From assembly GCA_011109175.1 (NCBI GenBank), contig RDEW01000030.1, positions 552,094 through 616,093 of the forward strand: 64,000 nucleotides of DNA, in the 5' to 3' direction. The DNA comes from Dicyema japonicum (taxonomy: Eukaryota > Animalia > Dicyemida). Below are positions 61,688 to 64,000 of the stretch, piece by piece (position 1 is the stretch's first letter; each line of letters begins with the position of its first letter). The position numbers were made by a program, and so were the translations under genes. The notes beneath the pieces were generated by a model, which saw only the letters and a list, made by a program, of their open reading frames with translations, ran no database searches and was not told the DNA's origin.

Positions 61688-61693
61688 TTTTTT
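61688..61693 (+). terminator. Pol III terminator (T6)
   Basis: TTTTTT immediately follows the tRNA 3' end. Confidence 0.75.
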
Positions 61694-61799
61694 CATTATA
61701 GAGTTATTATTTTTTATATTTTTTTGTGACTTCTCTGCAATGAAGGAAGAAAAGAAGATGAAGGGATACCGAAAACTACTAAAAGATTAAAAAAATTAG

Positions 61800-62035
61800 C
61801 GTGTTAGCTGCGTAGCGCCATGTGACTAGTTGTCATAATTTATTTTCCTTCCTTCGATGGCGTCATATGATCCACCTTACTAAGGAGACGCCCAATGCCT
61901 GGCCGGCATCACGAGGATCCAACTATTCCTTCCTCGGGGACAAATTCGTTACCTGAGACAAGTTCTTCAACGCTGGAGCGGCTAAGGGCCAAGGAGTTAG
62001 TTAGTTTGGTTACCCTTGGTTTTTGGAATAAATTT
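61800..62035 (+). repeat. Family A-related short element with structured head and a different body
   Basis: AGCTGCGTAGCGCCATGTG start and GGCGTC..GATCCACC..GAGACGCCCAATGCCTGGCCGGCAT..GGATC module; GTTAGTTAGTTTGG..AATAAA tail. Confidence 0.65.
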
Positions 62036-63224
62036 AATTTTTAATTAACAAAAGAACAGTGGATGTACTACCTCACATGCTAAATGTGAGATCGGAGGAG
62101 TGCGCATTTTCCGGTCATTGAAACGTAAGGAAATATGACCTGTAATGTCGTCTTGCGGAAGATTTTTTTATTTCGGGTTTGTGAGAATGTCGAAACTGAC
62201 CGTGGGATCTCTTTACAAATGGGACTGCGTTTTGTATCGATGTTGATCCCATTCGGAACCTCCAATTTGTTGAAATAAATCATTCCCCATATTCTGGAAA
62301 CATCAAACCCTTTTTGCTAGGCTAATCGGAGAGTCTGAAAGTTAGAGATTCCACTAAAGATACGGAATACCTCACCTCATTAATCGATAAAGCCATCAGT
62401 ATCAACGACCTTTTTGTGAAAGTGTCGATTGGATGTCCGTTTGGCTTCACTATTTTCAGCGATGGATGAGAAGAGGCCCTCACCATGATGTAATAACTGC
62501 CGGCTTACGGACATATAGCTGCTGCTCTCTGCAAGAAGAGATGTCTTTGTTGTGCTGGAGAACATGATCTTGCCAGATGTGAGGGCATACCTGGATCGAA
62601 GATTGACTGCATAAACTCTGGTCAACCAAACATTGAGCAAGGTACGGAGGATATCCAATTGCTAAAACAGCTAAACTAATTTTGCGAAACAATTAAACAA
62701 AGTCTATCCCAAAGAAGGCCTTGGCAAGTCATGTTCCAACGAAGACCGTGTCACCGGTAACTAACAATCTTGGCCTGCAAAATCAGCTTCGGTTGAAATT
62801 ATGCAGAAGTACCAGAGAACTTTAGGAGGCCTGTCATTTAACCTCCCTGAGAGAGTGTCTAACGAGTTGAAAGAGGTAATATCCCGACTGAAGGAGTCAT
62901 GTTCAATAGCGAAAGAAAGTAGTGACCCTGGCTATGGAGGGACCAGGCTGGCGAAATGTTTGAATATATGTTTAAGGATGTTTTTTTCGTGTCCAAAATT
63001 GACTCCAGATACAACACGGAGAGTTAAGTTTTCATCAGGACTTTAGGATGATATGGTCCACGTGGGACGATAAAGAAAGTGGTTATTAATGATCCCAAGT
63101 ATTTTTGCAGTTTTTGTCACAGGGAGAACATTTCCAGATATCTTCATTTCAGGTTGAGCGTTAAACAGTCGACGATCAGAAGTAAAACTGTAAAGTAATT
63201 TATTTAATTAAGGTTCCGCTTGTG

Positions 63225-64000
63225 CCGTATTTTTCTTCAGGTTATTATTTCTCCCACAATTCTCTTAACTAACTTCCTCCATACTCCACGGTTACTGGCA
63301 ATTATTCTGAGCATATCCAAATCGTCTCTGTTTTCAGCTTTCATCTTACATTGGTCAGATCCTTTTGTAGAACCTCTGGCAAAGTTATGTGAGGTCTTTC
63401 CAAACTTATCATGTATTGTGATTTTTGATGACTGCGTGTCTCTATGTAGTAGATGAACAGCCTTGAACATCTGCGCTCCGTTTTTGAGCCTTTTTACTTC
63501 TTTAGCCATTTCAACAAGTTTATTTTCCTTTATTTCCTTCGTTTTTTTATTTTATTTTATACAGGGTTTGGTTCCTTTGCCTGGTCCTGACAGGTTTCGA
63601 CCTGCAAACGTAGGTTTTGGATAGTTCTTAAAGCTCGTGGCCATAGTGTCCGTTGAAATGCTTCGGTTTTACTCCAACTGTTGAATGGGCCGCGAACTTT
63701 ATTGCATCGATGGTGTCTTGCCACAGCTCCCCAGGCATTTTTTCTTTATTCCACCGTCTGATCTTTTCTCTCAATGTATTTTGATAGCTTTCCCGAGTTG
63801 GTCCCACCATGCAGAGTTGCTCTACTGCGAACCTCCCTTCAGATATCCTCATGCCAGCCGCTTTGGAAACCCCATATTGGTTGAGCTGGTGACGTGGCTC
63901 TATTGCACACATGTCTTTTTCGTGCTTTTCTTCGGAATCTTTCACTATTAGCTCGTTCAATGTAAGAGGATTAAAATCGGATACTAAAAGAAGAAATTTA
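63225..64000 (-). mobile_element. Internally deleted RTE remnant (linker joined to C-terminus)
   Basis: YQNTLREK..LWQDTIDAIKFAAHSTVG (RTE linker); DDLDMLRIIASNRGVWRKLV; 3' end GGCACAAGCGGAACCTTAATTAA also seen near 5555 and 51570. Confidence 0.7.

Noticed and set aside
1-64000. Alternative nuclear genetic code
   Set aside because: TAA, TAG and TGA all terminate conserved genes (ATR and PAF1, FAN1, EB1), and in-frame stops elsewhere are explained by introns or decay.

Overview
AT-rich eukaryotic nuclear DNA from a compact-gene, transposon-rich genome. Host genes are split by very small GT-AG introns (about 19-36 nt, mostly 21-27 nt) and read in the standard code. They include RPLP1 (partial), an orphan 353-aa gene, FAN1, ATR, a GNAT-like gene, EB1/MAPRE, PAF1, a divergent Ras/Rheb-like GTPase, a decayed pyridoxal kinase and tRNA-Ala(UGC). 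Much of the intergenic space is mobile DNA: RTE LINEs, I-group/Ingi-Vingi-like LINEs, CRE-type RLE retrotransposon remnants, and hAT, MULE and pogo remnants. Four LINE copies keep perfect target-site duplications (TSDs). The most notable observations are: (1) SINE-like families whose 5' module can fold into an HDV-ribozyme-like pseudoknot with covariation between copies, although the catalytic core is non-canonical; (2) a 922-bp TA-flanked foldback element with 21-bp minisatellite TIRs that carries a LINE fragment and sits inside a CRE element; (3) a degenerate 2A-like peptide in a LINE; (4) local clusters of single-base indels, mostly in homopolymer runs, in EB1, FAN1, PDXK and the GTPase (pseudogenisation or assembly error). 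The organism cannot be assigned from the window. Intron size and the animal-type mobilome fit a reduced parasite such as a dicyemid or myxozoan, but that is inference only. All family assignments come from motifs recognised by eye, with no database search.
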